Positions 52,252 through 62,569 of a DNA stretch of 64,000 nucleotides are shown here, piece after piece (within the stretch, counting starts at the first letter, position 1; each line of letters starts with the position of its first letter). A model generated the notes under the pieces. The model was not told the DNA's origin and did not search any database. It was given only the letters and a program-made list of their open reading frames with translations. Origin of the DNA: Candidatus Poribacteria bacterium. Lineage in GTDB: Bacteria; Poribacteria; WGA-4E; WGA-3G. Made by a program: the position numbers and the translations under genes. The DNA is taken from assembly GCA_965197475.1 (NCBI GenBank), contig CBDANF010000003.1, positions 3,424,001-3,488,000 of the forward strand. Direction: 5' to 3'.

Positions 52252-53277
52252 CTAAAACACCTTTCCAATTCCTACCCTATTTATTATTTTCTCTGCCAAA
52301 ATCTTGAAGTCAAGGGATGCAGAATAGGCAGCAGTGGAATGGGCACCAATAGCTCCGTCAGCTGGTTTGAGATGAAAAATAGGTTTGCGCGCCTCTTGTG
52401 CCATCGGGACAAGACTACGATAGTGTTTGACGGTAGCAAGGGCATTTTTTTCATCTTCTGTCGGGGTTTCGGCATACGGACCCTTGTGATCGCCTAATAG
52501 ATTCCGAGCGTATTCAGCGGGCATCCGATTAACCCATTTGTCGTAAGCCTTGACCGGACACCCTAAACGAACACCGTGTTGTTGGACCACATAGCCAATC
52601 GGTTGAATCAATCCTTTAGGTATAAATAAATCAGAAATAGGGTTTCGACTATACCTGTCTTTCCAACCGTTTCGCCAATCTTGTAGCGTCGGACCGAGGT
52701 TCCGCAGCCCTTGAAGAGAGAAAAGATCAGCCCCGAGTGGAACAATAACGTAATCAGTAGCAACTAACACTGCCCTGTTCAAGGCACCTAAGTTGGGACC
52801 TACATCCACCAAGATAATATCGGTTTGCCGATCATTTGCCGCTTTTTGCAAAATTCGCCATAGTGCCGAAATCACTCGGAAGGCACGCGGACGACGGTCC
52901 AAACATTCCGGCCATTGACTTGAAAGTTCGTCTTCGGTCGAAGATAGCAGGAGATCTCCGACAATGAGGTTCAGTCCAGGAGTAAACATGTCCTGTGTTA
53001 TATTTTCTAAGTGAGGCGATTCAATGTCTCCTGTTCCATCCAAAAGTGGTTGGAGTGCATTATAGATAGTTTTTCTTTCCCCACTGTCAGGCCATAGTAC
53101 TTCCAGGCGTTCCTCATTGATAAACATACTAGTAAGGTTTGCCTGCGGATCAAGGTCGCACGCGAGTACACGATAACCCATGTCGGATAGCATCCACGCA
53201 AGATGATAAACAAGGGATGTTTTACCAACACCGCCTTTGTTATTAAAAAAAGTTAAAACTGGCACAGACATCGTCAT
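52252..53277 (-). CDS. ParA/AAA_31-family ATPase (non-partition type)
   Basis: FNNKGGVGKTS, DLDPQANLT and DVGPNLG motifs. No parB nearby. Confidence 0.85.
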   Translation of the reverse strand: MTMSVPVLTFFNNKGGVGKTSLVYHLAWMLSDMGYRVLACDLDPQANLTSMFINEERLEVLWPDSGERKTIYNALQPLLDGTGDIESPHLENITQDMFTPGLNLIVGDLLLSSTEDELSSQWPECLDRRPRAFRVISALWRILQKAANDRQTDIILVDVGPNLGALNRAVLVATDYVIVPLGADLFSLQGLRNLGPTLQDWRNGWKDRYSRNPISDLFIPKGLIQPIGYVVQQHGVRLGCPVKAYDKWVNRMPAEYARNLLGDHKGPYAETPTEDEKNALATVKHYRSLVPMAQEARKPIFHLKPADGAIGAHSTAAYSASLDFKILAEKIINRVGIGKVF

Positions 53278-54497
53278 GCCCTCTTGGTATTTGACACCGC
53301 TTTTATTGTAGCGATTGCATTAGCATTATCAATCTCAAATTGCGGTTCTGGCTGACCGGCTTCTTCCAATAATCTTCTTGCTATTAATATACCCATACCG
53401 AAATGCTGCACAAAGCCGAGAGTTCGCATCGCTTCCGCCAAATTGGGGTTCCGATAGTCAGTAAGACCTGGTTTACCAAAATTCTCAGGGGTTACAGCAC
53501 CGAATATACCTCCGGGGCTAAAAACCTCAATCCGGTTGTTGAACCAGTACACACGTACTGGTGCATTTGTCCCTTCATAAGTCCTGTGCATGATCGCATT
53601 TCGGGTAATCTGTTGCAGTGCCTCAATCGGATAAAGTGCAGTTCGCTTCTCAACAGGACCCGACATAATATCAACGGCAACTCGGTTATGCGCAATCAGT
53701 TTATCGTCTAAACGGCGAATTTGGTCAGAAATAGCCCCACGAATCTCTTCGCTGTCAAGAATCGGATCTACGAGTTCATTCCCATCAATTCTGAGGAACT
53801 GCACATAAGCCCCATATAGAAAATCTTGAGGATTCTTTCCGATAGTGAGAATTCCAAGTACAGTAGGCGTTGGTTGGTCGGCAGCAGTGATCATCTTTGT
53901 AGCTGCCAATTGTTCATTCAAAGTTCGTTCGTTAAGTGCTAATATCTCTTCAGAAACAGCTTGCGGTAGATACTCGTAATTGAACAAGGCAAGATTGAGG
54001 TCAGAAATGCTGGCGGTGGGGATAGGATACAAGTCAAATGGACGGTCCCCATATCGGCGTTTTTCGTTGAGAACCCTTTCATCTTGTATTGTTGCGGTGC
54101 CTCGCCGTGGTCCAATACGTATATGGATGGCACTTTTATATCGCACTGGCGGTGAATCGGAAGGTTCCACTTTAACTACGGCAACTTCCTTTCCTCGCAA
54201 CACACGTTTTTCAACGGCCAGCGACGGTGGCGGCACGGTATTTCCATCTGTTTTCATATCTGCCAATTGTCGGAGTAATTCGTCCGTAACCGATAGACCT
54301 GCAATAGTTTTATCTTTCCTTATCCCGATAAAAACGAATCCTGGTTTTTCGTGGCGAGGCAGATCGTTGGCAAAAGCGCAAATAGCCTCCCTAATTTCTT
54401 TTGGAGCACTGCCGGACAGAGACTCCTTGAACTCAATTCGATCAGATTCATCGTCCTCAATAATTTGTAGCAACTCCGCATCTGTAAACTGCCGCAT
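53274..54497 (-). CDS. AlbA_2 (Schlafen-like) plus HATPase_c_4 protein
   Basis: ESDRIEFKES, ICAFAN, NAIMHR.Y and RNPNLAE motifs. Likely start MRQFT at 54497. Confidence 0.85.
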   Translation of the reverse strand: MRQFTDAELLQIIEDDESDRIEFKESLSGSAPKEIREAICAFANDLPRHEKPGFVFIGIRKDKTIAGLSVTDELLRQLADMKTDGNTVPPPSLAVEKRVLRGKEVAVVKVEPSDSPPVRYKSAIHIRIGPRRGTATIQDERVLNEKRRYGDRPFDLYPIPTASISDLNLALFNYEYLPQAVSEEILALNERTLNEQLAATKMITAADQPTPTVLGILTIGKNPQDFLYGAYVQFLRIDGNELVDPILDSEEIRGAISDQIRRLDDKLIAHNRVAVDIMSGPVEKRTALYPIEALQQITRNAIMHRTYEGTNAPVRVYWFNNRIEVFSPGGIFGAVTPENFGKPGLTDYRNPNLAEAMRTLGFVQHFGMGILIARRLLEEAGQPEPQFEIDNANAIATIKAVSNTKRA

Positions 54498-54621
54498 TTC
54501 GATTCCTATTAATTTGATGCCTGTTAGCCGTCTGTATTTTTTACAACAATCAACTATCGTCCGTATACTAAGTATATAGTGGGAAGTAACCGTTGTCAAC
54601 GCTAATTTCCATGTTAAAAAA

Positions 54622-56274
54622 TCAATACAACACATGCACCCGATTTTTACCACGTAGCGTCTCATCAGGCATCACAATCGGCATCTCAACGATAGCGATA
54701 AACGATCCATCCTGACTAATAGCAAGCGCATCGTAAGGGAGCTGCCCCTCCGTGCGATAGGTGTAAAGATATTTTGCCAACCCATCACCCTTTACAGTCA
54801 GATCGAACATAGAAACGCCATGGAGACTTTCGTTCGGATTTTGACTCCGCTTAGAAACAGCCAATGCAGCATACCGTCCCTTCGTATCAATACGTAAACC
54901 TTGCGGCATATTCTCAAGCTTCCACTGCCAAACCTTTTCTCCACCCCACGAATACGCAAAAACCGTCATTCCGTTAGGATGCAGTGTAGACGGACGTTGT
55001 GCCCCCTTTTGAAGATGGTATGGGATATACGTATCGCCTGTAACAAATAGAGCGGCAGCGTCTGTTGCACCAATCGTGCCGGTTGTCGCAATAATCGGCA
55101 CACCGCTCACTTCCATCGGTGTTGCTAAATTCTGTTTCCATATCGGTTCCGAAAGGTTTACATCAAAAATGAAAGCGCGTCCATCATCCGTTGTAATGTT
55201 GATAAACTTACCATCCGATGACATGCTGACTCCGCGCCAAAAAGTAACCCCTTCAAAATACGGAGTAAGCGGTTCAATATCCGCGTGCCAATTTTCTGTT
55301 CCAGCCGCCACATCAATCACAGATAGTGTCCCATTCCCCTTACCACTTTCATCTGAAACAAGTGCAAGCACTTTTCCATCAGCACTGATGTCAAACCATC
55401 GAAATATCTTATGCATAGCCTCCTCACGAGGCCATTTCCATTTGACATTCCCCGTTTTAGCGTCAAACCGATAGAGCATAGACCACTTTTGAGGCATTTC
55501 ATTATGTGTCCACGAATGCACGCCTGCAACTAATAGATCTCCGTTAGGCAGTGTCCGCATACACGACTGACCGGGATAACTAACCCACGCATATACACTC
55601 CCTGGATTACTCGGCATAGAGGTCTCAATATCGTCTGCTGTCCGGTATTTCCAACGAAACTCTGGAGTCGCACCTGTCAGGTCATAACAATAGATAAATC
55701 CGTCCGCCGCTTGTTCGCCAATGTAAAGTACGGAATTATCAACACTAAATGCGATGTGCCTAACATAACCTTCTGAAATACGGGTTTTCCAAACCGTCTC
55801 ACCTGTCATCGGTTGGATAATCGCAAGGTGTCCCCTATCTGTAGCAACTGCAAGTTTATGTGTCCCAGTTCCGTCCCCAAAAGCAACTGCAGTCGGTTTT
55901 GCAGGTTGACGTAGATTTTCCATCAGCGACAAGAGACCATCTAACTCAATCGTCCGGATGAGGTAAGGAACAGGTTTCAGCGGAGAAATCGCTTTAATTG
56001 TGTTTTGACTTAAACGGAATTTATAACTTTTATTCGGATGCCAAGCAAATTGCAGTAAAACCCGTTTCTCATCAATTTTTTGTGATGACACCGTTTTAAA
56101 TCTTGTGGTATCCTGTCCGATAGCAACTTCAATTTTCTCGCTAAGTTCGCCTTTCGTTTCAGATTCAAGCACTACACCTGTCCGAACCCAGACGACGTTT
56201 AAATCAGCCATCACCACACTGATCGGCAGAATAAAAAACAAAAATAGTAAACAAAAAATTCGGATCTGTTTCAT
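54622..56274 (-). CDS. Secreted PQQ/WD40-like beta-propeller protein
   Basis: Signal peptide and repeated D..TG...W motifs. Confidence 0.7.
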   Translation of the reverse strand: MKQIRIFCLLFLFFILPISVVMADLNVVWVRTGVVLESETKGELSEKIEVAIGQDTTRFKTVSSQKIDEKRVLLQFAWHPNKSYKFRLSQNTIKAISPLKPVPYLIRTIELDGLLSLMENLRQPAKPTAVAFGDGTGTHKLAVATDRGHLAIIQPMTGETVWKTRISEGYVRHIAFSVDNSVLYIGEQAADGFIYCYDLTGATPEFRWKYRTADDIETSMPSNPGSVYAWVSYPGQSCMRTLPNGDLLVAGVHSWTHNEMPQKWSMLYRFDAKTGNVKWKWPREEAMHKIFRWFDISADGKVLALVSDESGKGNGTLSVIDVAAGTENWHADIEPLTPYFEGVTFWRGVSMSSDGKFINITTDDGRAFIFDVNLSEPIWKQNLATPMEVSGVPIIATTGTIGATDAAALFVTGDTYIPYHLQKGAQRPSTLHPNGMTVFAYSWGGEKVWQWKLENMPQGLRIDTKGRYAALAVSKRSQNPNESLHGVSMFDLTVKGDGLAKYLYTYRTEGQLPYDALAISQDGSFIAIVEMPIVMPDETLRGKNRVHVLY

Positions 56275-56385
56275 TGAAATATGTCCTCACAATAGATAGA
56301 AAATAAGAGATAAGTAGGATCTGGTAGGCACGCTTTGATGAAGTTTAATTTTTTAATTCGGTAATTCTAATTATTCCCAATCCCT

Positions 56386-56670
56386 GTAGGTGCGGTTTCC
56401 TAACTGCCCATAAGCGTCAATTTTAGGAAATGCATCTGTTTTTTATAGTTGTGTAAGCCCCAGCGGGGCGAAAGGTATATAGAAAAACGATACCCTAAAG
56501 GATTGAGCCCCAGCGGAGCGAAATGTGTATAGAAACGCGGGTAAACAACCCTCTTATACCAAATTAACCCGATTTGTAGCGCGAGGTCTCCGTGCCTCGC
56601 AATACTGACTTTATCAGAAAAATACTAATCCCGTTAATTTGGTATTAGCCCCAGCGGGGCGAAATGTGTA
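56386..56670. repeat. REP/MITE cluster
   Basis: AGCCCCAGCGGGGCGAAA x3, a truncated GTAGGTGCGGTT REP, and a MITE end CCCATAAGCGTCAATTTT. Confidence 0.7.
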
Positions 56671-57047
56671 TCAATAAATCTTATGTTGATGTCTACGGTG
56701 TTTCTATTAACACAGACTATCACTCAAGAACTCTAAAAATTGTTCAAAAGTAATTCTACAAAAGAGGTATACCAGTGTCTATACTAACACAGGTTTCCGA
56801 TAAAATGCAAGATATACTTCACCTTCAGAGCCATTCAATTGTCACGAAATACTCTTGTGGGAGGCCTTCTATCCCGATTTATGTGGATGGCAGACCGTAG
56901 GTTGGGTAGAGCTTGCGAAACCTAACTTTTTTGGCAGCTGTGCATCGTAATTCCGACAAACCGCCCACCAATTCCACCTTGACAAAACCGACAAAATCCG
57001 CTATCATAAATCGCACAATAACACATCGGAACCGCAACAGGAGAAAC

Positions 57048-57803
57048 CGTATTTACGAAATAATCATTTTATGTTTTGGGACATGGCTCACAGGTGTAAG
57101 CAAAGCAGGCTTCGGCGGCGGCATCGGCATGATAGTTGTCCCGCTATTTACGCAGTTCCGGCCTGCACGAAACGTCATCGCACTCATGCTCCCTTTACTT
57201 TTCTCAACAGATGTCATCTCACTGGGACACTACTGGAAACAGTGGCACCGCAAAAGCATCTAGCAATTGATTCCCGGAGCCATAATCGGCATTGCACTCG
57301 CCAGTTTCATCTTAAAAGACATTTCAGATGTCCACCTAAAGAAGATAATCGGAGGGATTGCTTGTCTATTTGCCACATTAGAATTTTCTCGATCCCAACT
57401 GAAACAGCGACTGAACCCAGATGCTGCGGAAGAACCGGTGATACACTTCAAAACATGGCATGGCTTACTATTAGGCACCCTTGCAGGCATATTTTCAACG
57501 CTCGCACACATGGCGGGACCGGTCATCGTCATGTATCTTCTACCACAAAGGTTAGGCAACCGAACATTCGTTGCAACAACAACATTACTTTACTTTTTTA
57601 TCAATCTGGCTAAGATTCCGGCATATTTTCAACTCGGAATGTTTTCGTTCGAACTCATTATTGAAGCTTTAGCACTTCTCCCGTTTGTCGGACTCGGCGT
57701 ACAGGTCGGGGTATTCCTGAACAATCGATTCCCAGAACGAATCTTTTCCAGAATCATACTAATCGTCCTATTTGCAACCGGCATACATCTATTAATGAGT
57801 TGA
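57048..57803 (+). pseudogene. TauE/SafE-family exporter with an in-frame TAG and a damaged start
   Basis: G.SKAGFGGG.G and K.PAY..LG motifs. Two same-frame ORFs separated by TAG at 57261-57263. An AGGAG RBS is present but no start codon follows it. Confidence 0.8.
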
Positions 57804-57838
57804 GGAGTACACTGAATAGTTTTCAATAGTAAGTTCAA

Positions 57839-58330
57839 CTAATCTATCTCACCTGCTTCTTGTAAGACTTTATTGATGAGCGATTCACTCAGTCGCATGC
57901 CGTTAGCCCGCAACTGAATTAAAAGTGGTTTGGTAGCAACAATCAAACCCTCTTCCTTTGCCTCCAGCAAAACGCCTAATGTGCCCTTAACCTTTAATCC
58001 AACTTTTGTGGCTCTCCGTCTTCCCTTATTTTCATCAAGAATAACAAGCCGTGCATCATGTTCAACTGCTAGCGCGAAAACTTCGGCTTCTCCAGCGTCA
58101 ATACCTTGATAAATTGTAGCACTTTGGGAATTTGTCACATCTACAACTTTAATCCACGGTGCTTTGTTGAGTACTTCCCGATAGAATGTTTGATCTACTA
58201 CTAAAAACTCTTTTTCAACTTCTCTTGGAATCCACACCTCGGTGTAGAGATCTCGTAATAACGGAAGGCAATTGAGACCCGAAAGACCAATAAGCGGACT
58301 CGTATTGCTAATAACTGGTTGTATCGGCAT
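57839..58330 (-). CDS. DUF3368-family PIN-domain protein (putative toxin)
   Basis: VISNTSPLI, IP.EV..E, D.GEAE..ALA, ILDE..GRR and GTLGVLL.AK motifs. Confidence 0.9.
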   Translation of the reverse strand: MPIQPVISNTSPLIGLSGLNCLPLLRDLYTEVWIPREVEKEFLVVDQTFYREVLNKAPWIKVVDVTNSQSATIYQGIDAGEAEVFALAVEHDARLVILDENKGRRRATKVGLKVKGTLGVLLEAKEEGLIVATKPLLIQLRANGMRLSESLINKVLQEAGEID

Positions 58331-58332
58331 TC

Positions 58333-59763
58333 TTAAAATCCGCTATTGATGAGCTCTTCTTCATTAACATACAAAGGAGAGAGTCCATAATCCCCCATCA
58401 GCAATATGAATTCAACGCGTGGCACCCTCGCAAGGCGCGCCGCGAGTCCACTGCTGAGTATATCGTCTCCGTAATACTTCATGCCTAATGCTATCCGCGC
58501 CTCTTTATCAATTTCAAACGGCTCGCTTCGTGGTGTCAACAGATCAACAATCTCTTTTGGCAAACGATCCTCTATTTTCTGTTCAAAAGCATCTATGCTC
58601 CTGTATGTATTGTGAAACACATCCGCGACATCTACGTCTTGTAGGAGTGCAGCTGTCAGGTCGGTTTTCGCTTCTTCCCAATCTTTCGCAAGCAGCCACG
58701 CTTCGCCTCGTGTGTAATAGTATTCGGCAACCTTCGGTCTGAGTTTTAGTGCTTCAGTATAATCCGCAATTGCATTGTCTAACTCAACTTTGGCACGATA
58801 CGCGTTGCCCCGATTATAATAGGCGTTGATATAATCGGGTTGTAGTTGTATTACTTTATTATAGTCTTTTATGGCATTATCTAAATCGTCTTTATTGGCG
58901 TAAGCAGTGCCCCGGTTGTTGTATACCTCGGCATAATCCGGTTTGAGTTGTATTGCTATGTTATAGTCTTTTATAGCATTATCAAAATCGTCTTTATTGG
59001 CGTAAGCAGCACCCCGATTGTAATAGAACCCCGCACACTCCGGTTTGAGTTGTATTGCTATGTTATAGTCTTTTATAGCATTATCAAAATCGTCTTTATT
59101 GGCGTAAGCAGCCCCGCGACCGTTATATGCCTCAGCATAATTGGGTTTAAGTTCTACAGCGGAAGTATAGTCTTTTATGGCGTTATCAAAATCGTCTTTA
59201 TTGGCGTAAGTAAATCCACGATTGTAATAGGTGTTTGCATCATTGGAATTTAGTTTTACTGATCTATTATAGTCTTCTAGAGCATTGTCTAAATCGTCTT
59301 TATTGAAGTAAACAGTACCGCGATTATAGTATGCTTTAGCATCATCGGGATTGAGTTGTATTGCTTTATCAAAGTTTTCTATGGCGTTATCAAAATCGTC
59401 TTTATTGGCGTAAGCAAATCCGAGACCGTTGTAAGCATTGGCATAATCAGGTTTGAGTTGTATCGTCTTATTGAAGTTCTTGATAGCGTTGTCGAAATCG
59501 CCTTTGCGAGCGTAGGTGATGCCTCGATTGTAATAGGCATTGGTAAACTCTGGAACCAGTGCGATCACATTGTTAAACTGTGCGATTCCCTCGTCATACT
59601 TTCCTTTTTCACAATAAGCAATACCACGTTTGTTGTACGCATCCGCTTCATCATTGATGGCAGTTGCTGTCTTTATATACTCTCCAATGGCCATGTTAGG
59701 CTTACCTATATGGCTGTATGCGCTGCCGGCAGCAGAAAGATCCGAGTTCGGTTGTAGCATCAC
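58333..59763 (-). CDS. TPR-array protein fused to a C-terminal UPF0175-like antitoxin domain
   Basis: About 9 TPRs (102-bp internal repeats). C-terminus RIAL..K.Y....LSSG.AARLA.V.RVEF...M..YG. Confidence 0.8.
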   Translation of the reverse strand: MMLQPNSDLSAAGSAYSHIGKPNMAIGEYIKTATAINDEADAYNKRGIAYCEKGKYDEGIAQFNNVIALVPEFTNAYYNRGITYARKGDFDNAIKNFNKTIQLKPDYANAYNGLGFAYANKDDFDNAIENFDKAIQLNPDDAKAYYNRGTVYFNKDDLDNALEDYNRSVKLNSNDANTYYNRGFTYANKDDFDNAIKDYTSAVELKPNYAEAYNGRGAAYANKDDFDNAIKDYNIAIQLKPECAGFYYNRGAAYANKDDFDNAIKDYNIAIQLKPDYAEVYNNRGTAYANKDDLDNAIKDYNKVIQLQPDYINAYYNRGNAYRAKVELDNAIADYTEALKLRPKVAEYYYTRGEAWLLAKDWEEAKTDLTAALLQDVDVADVFHNTYRSIDAFEQKIEDRLPKEIVDLLTPRSEPFEIDKEARIALGMKYYGDDILSSGLAARLARVPRVEFILLMGDYGLSPLYVNEEELINSGF

Positions 59764-59985
59764 TTTTCACCCGCACAATGTGAGTTGTTTAAAGGTAATA
59801 ATAACATGCAAGATCAGCAGATGTCAACCGAAATCTGAATTGCGGATAATCCGCGATTCAGACAACAATCCCGAAAATCATGGTTCAGACAGGTATCTAC
59901 AGTCCCTTGATTTCATTCGAAAAATATGATATGCTATTTATCAATGTGAAAGTCTGCACAATCTATACATGTCGGAGTTGCTGTT

Positions 59986-61416
59986 ATGAACGTTAAAAAC
60001 AGAACCCTTTTTATTGCTGATAATCTTGACATTATGCAAGGTATAGATTCTCAAACAGTTGACCTTATTTATCTTGACCCACCTTTTAAATCGGGTAAAC
60101 AGTGGAAAGCCCCCATCGGTTCACCCGCAGAAGGCGCAGAATTTAAGGACATCTGGACGAATGAGGATGTCAAAGACGGTTGGTATAGTGAAATCGCTGA
60201 GCACTATCCACATATCCATCAGATTATCCAAGCCGCCGAGTATACCTACGATCATTCTATGACGATCTACCTTATGGCAATGAGTATCAGACTGATTGAA
60301 ATGCATAGAATTCTAAAATCTACGGGTTCAATCTATCTCCATTGTGATCCCACCGCAAGTCACTATTTGAAATTAGTATTAGACAGTCTATTTGGCAGAA
60401 AAAACCTTCGGAACGAAATTGTGTGGCAGCGCGCATCAGGGCGCGCAAAGGGTAGTCAATTCGAAAGCAGATCACTTGGCAGGGACACCGATAATATATT
60501 TCATTATTCTAAATCAGAAATTTTTACACATAATAAAGTCACTCAATCTTTAACAGAAGCAGAGATACTTGAAAAATTCCCCCATACCGATTCAAATGGG
60601 CGCAGATATAACACACAAACTCCGCTATTCTGTCAACCGTCAATGGGAGCTCGTCCAAATTTATGTTATGAATACAAAGGTGTAAAAAACCCTCATCCAT
60701 CAGGTTGGCGCGTCAGTAAAGAAAAATTGATAAAAATGGATGAAGCTGGCGATATTATTTGGCGTGAAGAAAAACGTCCCCTACGTAAATCTTACGCAGA
60801 CCAATATGCAGGTAAACCCATAGGTTCATTATGGATCGATGTGTCTATTGCAGCAGGAAAAGAACGAACAGGATACCCAACACAAAAACCGCTTGCCCTT
60901 CTTGACCGCATTATCAAAGCCTCCTCCAATGAGGGTGATTTTGTGTTAGACCCATTTTGTGGTTGTGCCACTGCTTGCGTTGCTGCAGAGAAACTTCAAC
61001 GGCAATGGATCGGTATAGACATTTCACCCGCCGCAGAAGTTATCACAAAAATCCGTCTTGATGAAGCAAGCGAACAAGGTGCTTTATTTTCTCCTCTTCA
61101 GATATCAGATGTCACTGTTACGCGCGAACCCCCAATTAGAACCGACACTGAACCGCAAGCAACTCAACAAAAAAAGTTGCCAAACTACACAGTCCACAAA
61201 AACTATCTTTACGGTGAGCAAGAAGGATTCTGCAATGGCTGCCGAGATCACTTCAAAATCAGAAACCTCACCGTAGATCATATCGTGCCACAATCTAAAG
61301 GAGGCACCGATCATCCAAAAAACCTGCAACTACTTTGCCACACGTGTAACGCAACAAAAGGCAAAAGCACACAAGAAAAATTAATTGAGCGATTAAAAAC
61401 ACAAGGAGTCATATAA
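59986..61416 (+). CDS. Beta-class N4/N6 DNA methyltransferase fused to a C-terminal HNH nuclease
   Basis: YLDPPF, YPTQKP and DPFCGCAT motifs, then C.GC...VDHIVP.SKGG..NLQLLC..CN..K. Confidence 0.85.
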   Translation: MNVKNRTLFIADNLDIMQGIDSQTVDLIYLDPPFKSGKQWKAPIGSPAEGAEFKDIWTNEDVKDGWYSEIAEHYPHIHQIIQAAEYTYDHSMTIYLMAMSIRLIEMHRILKSTGSIYLHCDPTASHYLKLVLDSLFGRKNLRNEIVWQRASGRAKGSQFESRSLGRDTDNIFHYSKSEIFTHNKVTQSLTEAEILEKFPHTDSNGRRYNTQTPLFCQPSMGARPNLCYEYKGVKNPHPSGWRVSKEKLIKMDEAGDIIWREEKRPLRKSYADQYAGKPIGSLWIDVSIAAGKERTGYPTQKPLALLDRIIKASSNEGDFVLDPFCGCATACVAAEKLQRQWIGIDISPAAEVITKIRLDEASEQGALFSPLQISDVTVTREPPIRTDTEPQATQQKKLPNYTVHKNYLYGEQEGFCNGCRDHFKIRNLTVDHIVPQSKGGTDHPKNLQLLCHTCNATKGKSTQEKLIERLKTQGVI

Positions 61417-62397
61417 ATGACACTAAAATGGGGCGTACTCGGTGCAGGAAGCGTAGCACAACGCCGAGCAATGCCCGCCATCCAAAAAGCAACAGGCGCA
61501 GAACTGCATGCCCTTTTTTCACGAGACGTAGCACGCGCCAAACAACTCGCAACAGAGCATAACGCTACAGTAGGATATAACAACGTTAACGATCTACTCG
61601 CTGACTCCGAACTTGACGCGATATACGTCGCAACTCCGGTCAATTTGCACTGTGAACAAGTCATCAATGTCGCAGAACACGGTTTACATGTCCTCTGCGA
61701 CAAACCGATGGCACTCACGCCACAAGAATGTGAACGGATGATCGCTGCATGTGAAGCAAACGACGTGCATCTACAAGTCTGCTTTCTCTTCCGATTCCAT
61801 TCCTGTTTTCAGCAGATTAGAACGTGGGTTGACGAAAACCGCCTTGGACGGATAGTTCACGGCAGGATGCCATTCCTGAAAAAATACCTATTAACCACCG
61901 ACGAGTGGCGCGCACAACCCGATAAAGGCGGCGGTGGATGTATGATGGATTTGGGACCGCATAGTATTGATATGCTCCGTTACCTCATCGGAGAGGTCAC
62001 AGAGGTCGCCGCATTTTGTAACAGTCCAATCTACAACTACCAAGTCGAGGAAACCGGCGGTATTCTAATGCGGTTTCACAATGGCGCACAAGCGTTCACA
62101 GACCTCAGTTTCTCTGTCGCACAATGCGATATTGTCCTTGAACTCTACGGCACAGAAGGCACCGTATCCGTTTTGAACGACGACGGGTGGAAAATCCACA
62201 CCTGTTTTAATGGTGAAAAACAGGTTATCACATCTCAATTTGAGGACCTGTATCAACACCAGTTTGCACATTTTGCGGAATGTGTTGCGACAGACACCGC
62301 ACCGCTTGCCAGTGGCAACGATGGCTTAAGGGCAAACACCATCATTGCCGCAGCATACCAATCTGCCAGCACCGGACAGGTTGTTCAATGTACATAG
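61417..62397 (+). CDS. Gfo/Idh/MocA-family oxidoreductase
   Basis: WGVLGAG, YVATP..LH, LCDKPMA and GGG.MMDLGPH.ID motifs. Confidence 0.92.
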   Translation: MTLKWGVLGAGSVAQRRAMPAIQKATGAELHALFSRDVARAKQLATEHNATVGYNNVNDLLADSELDAIYVATPVNLHCEQVINVAEHGLHVLCDKPMALTPQECERMIAACEANDVHLQVCFLFRFHSCFQQIRTWVDENRLGRIVHGRMPFLKKYLLTTDEWRAQPDKGGGGCMMDLGPHSIDMLRYLIGEVTEVAAFCNSPIYNYQVEETGGILMRFHNGAQAFTDLSFSVAQCDIVLELYGTEGTVSVLNDDGWKIHTCFNGEKQVITSQFEDLYQHQFAHFAECVATDTAPLASGNDGLRANTIIAAAYQSASTGQVVQCT

Positions 62398-62553
62398 TGC
62401 TTGATGTTCACCCTCAAGGAAACTAAAAACAACTATGCCAAAATGGCACACTTTTCACGAAACTTCAAAGAATATAGACAAATTGTCACGATTTTACACA
62501 GTGAAAAATATAGAAAACCCCGTCAAGTGTGAGTCCATCTATATTCCGAGAAT

Positions 62554-62569
62554 TGGCACGTATCTTGCT
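62554..62569 (+). promoter_or_regulatory. sigma54-type -24/-12 promoter upstream of groESL
   Basis: TGGCAC-N5-TTGCT with exact GG-N10-GC spacing. Confidence 0.6.

Noticed and set aside
52252-53277. Plasmid or prophage partition locus
   Set aside because: There are no parB, rep or phage structural genes nearby.
57261-57263. Pyrrolysine or amber recoding
   Set aside because: TAG is used as a normal stop elsewhere in the window, a single G-to-A change from TGG explains it, and the start codon is also damaged.
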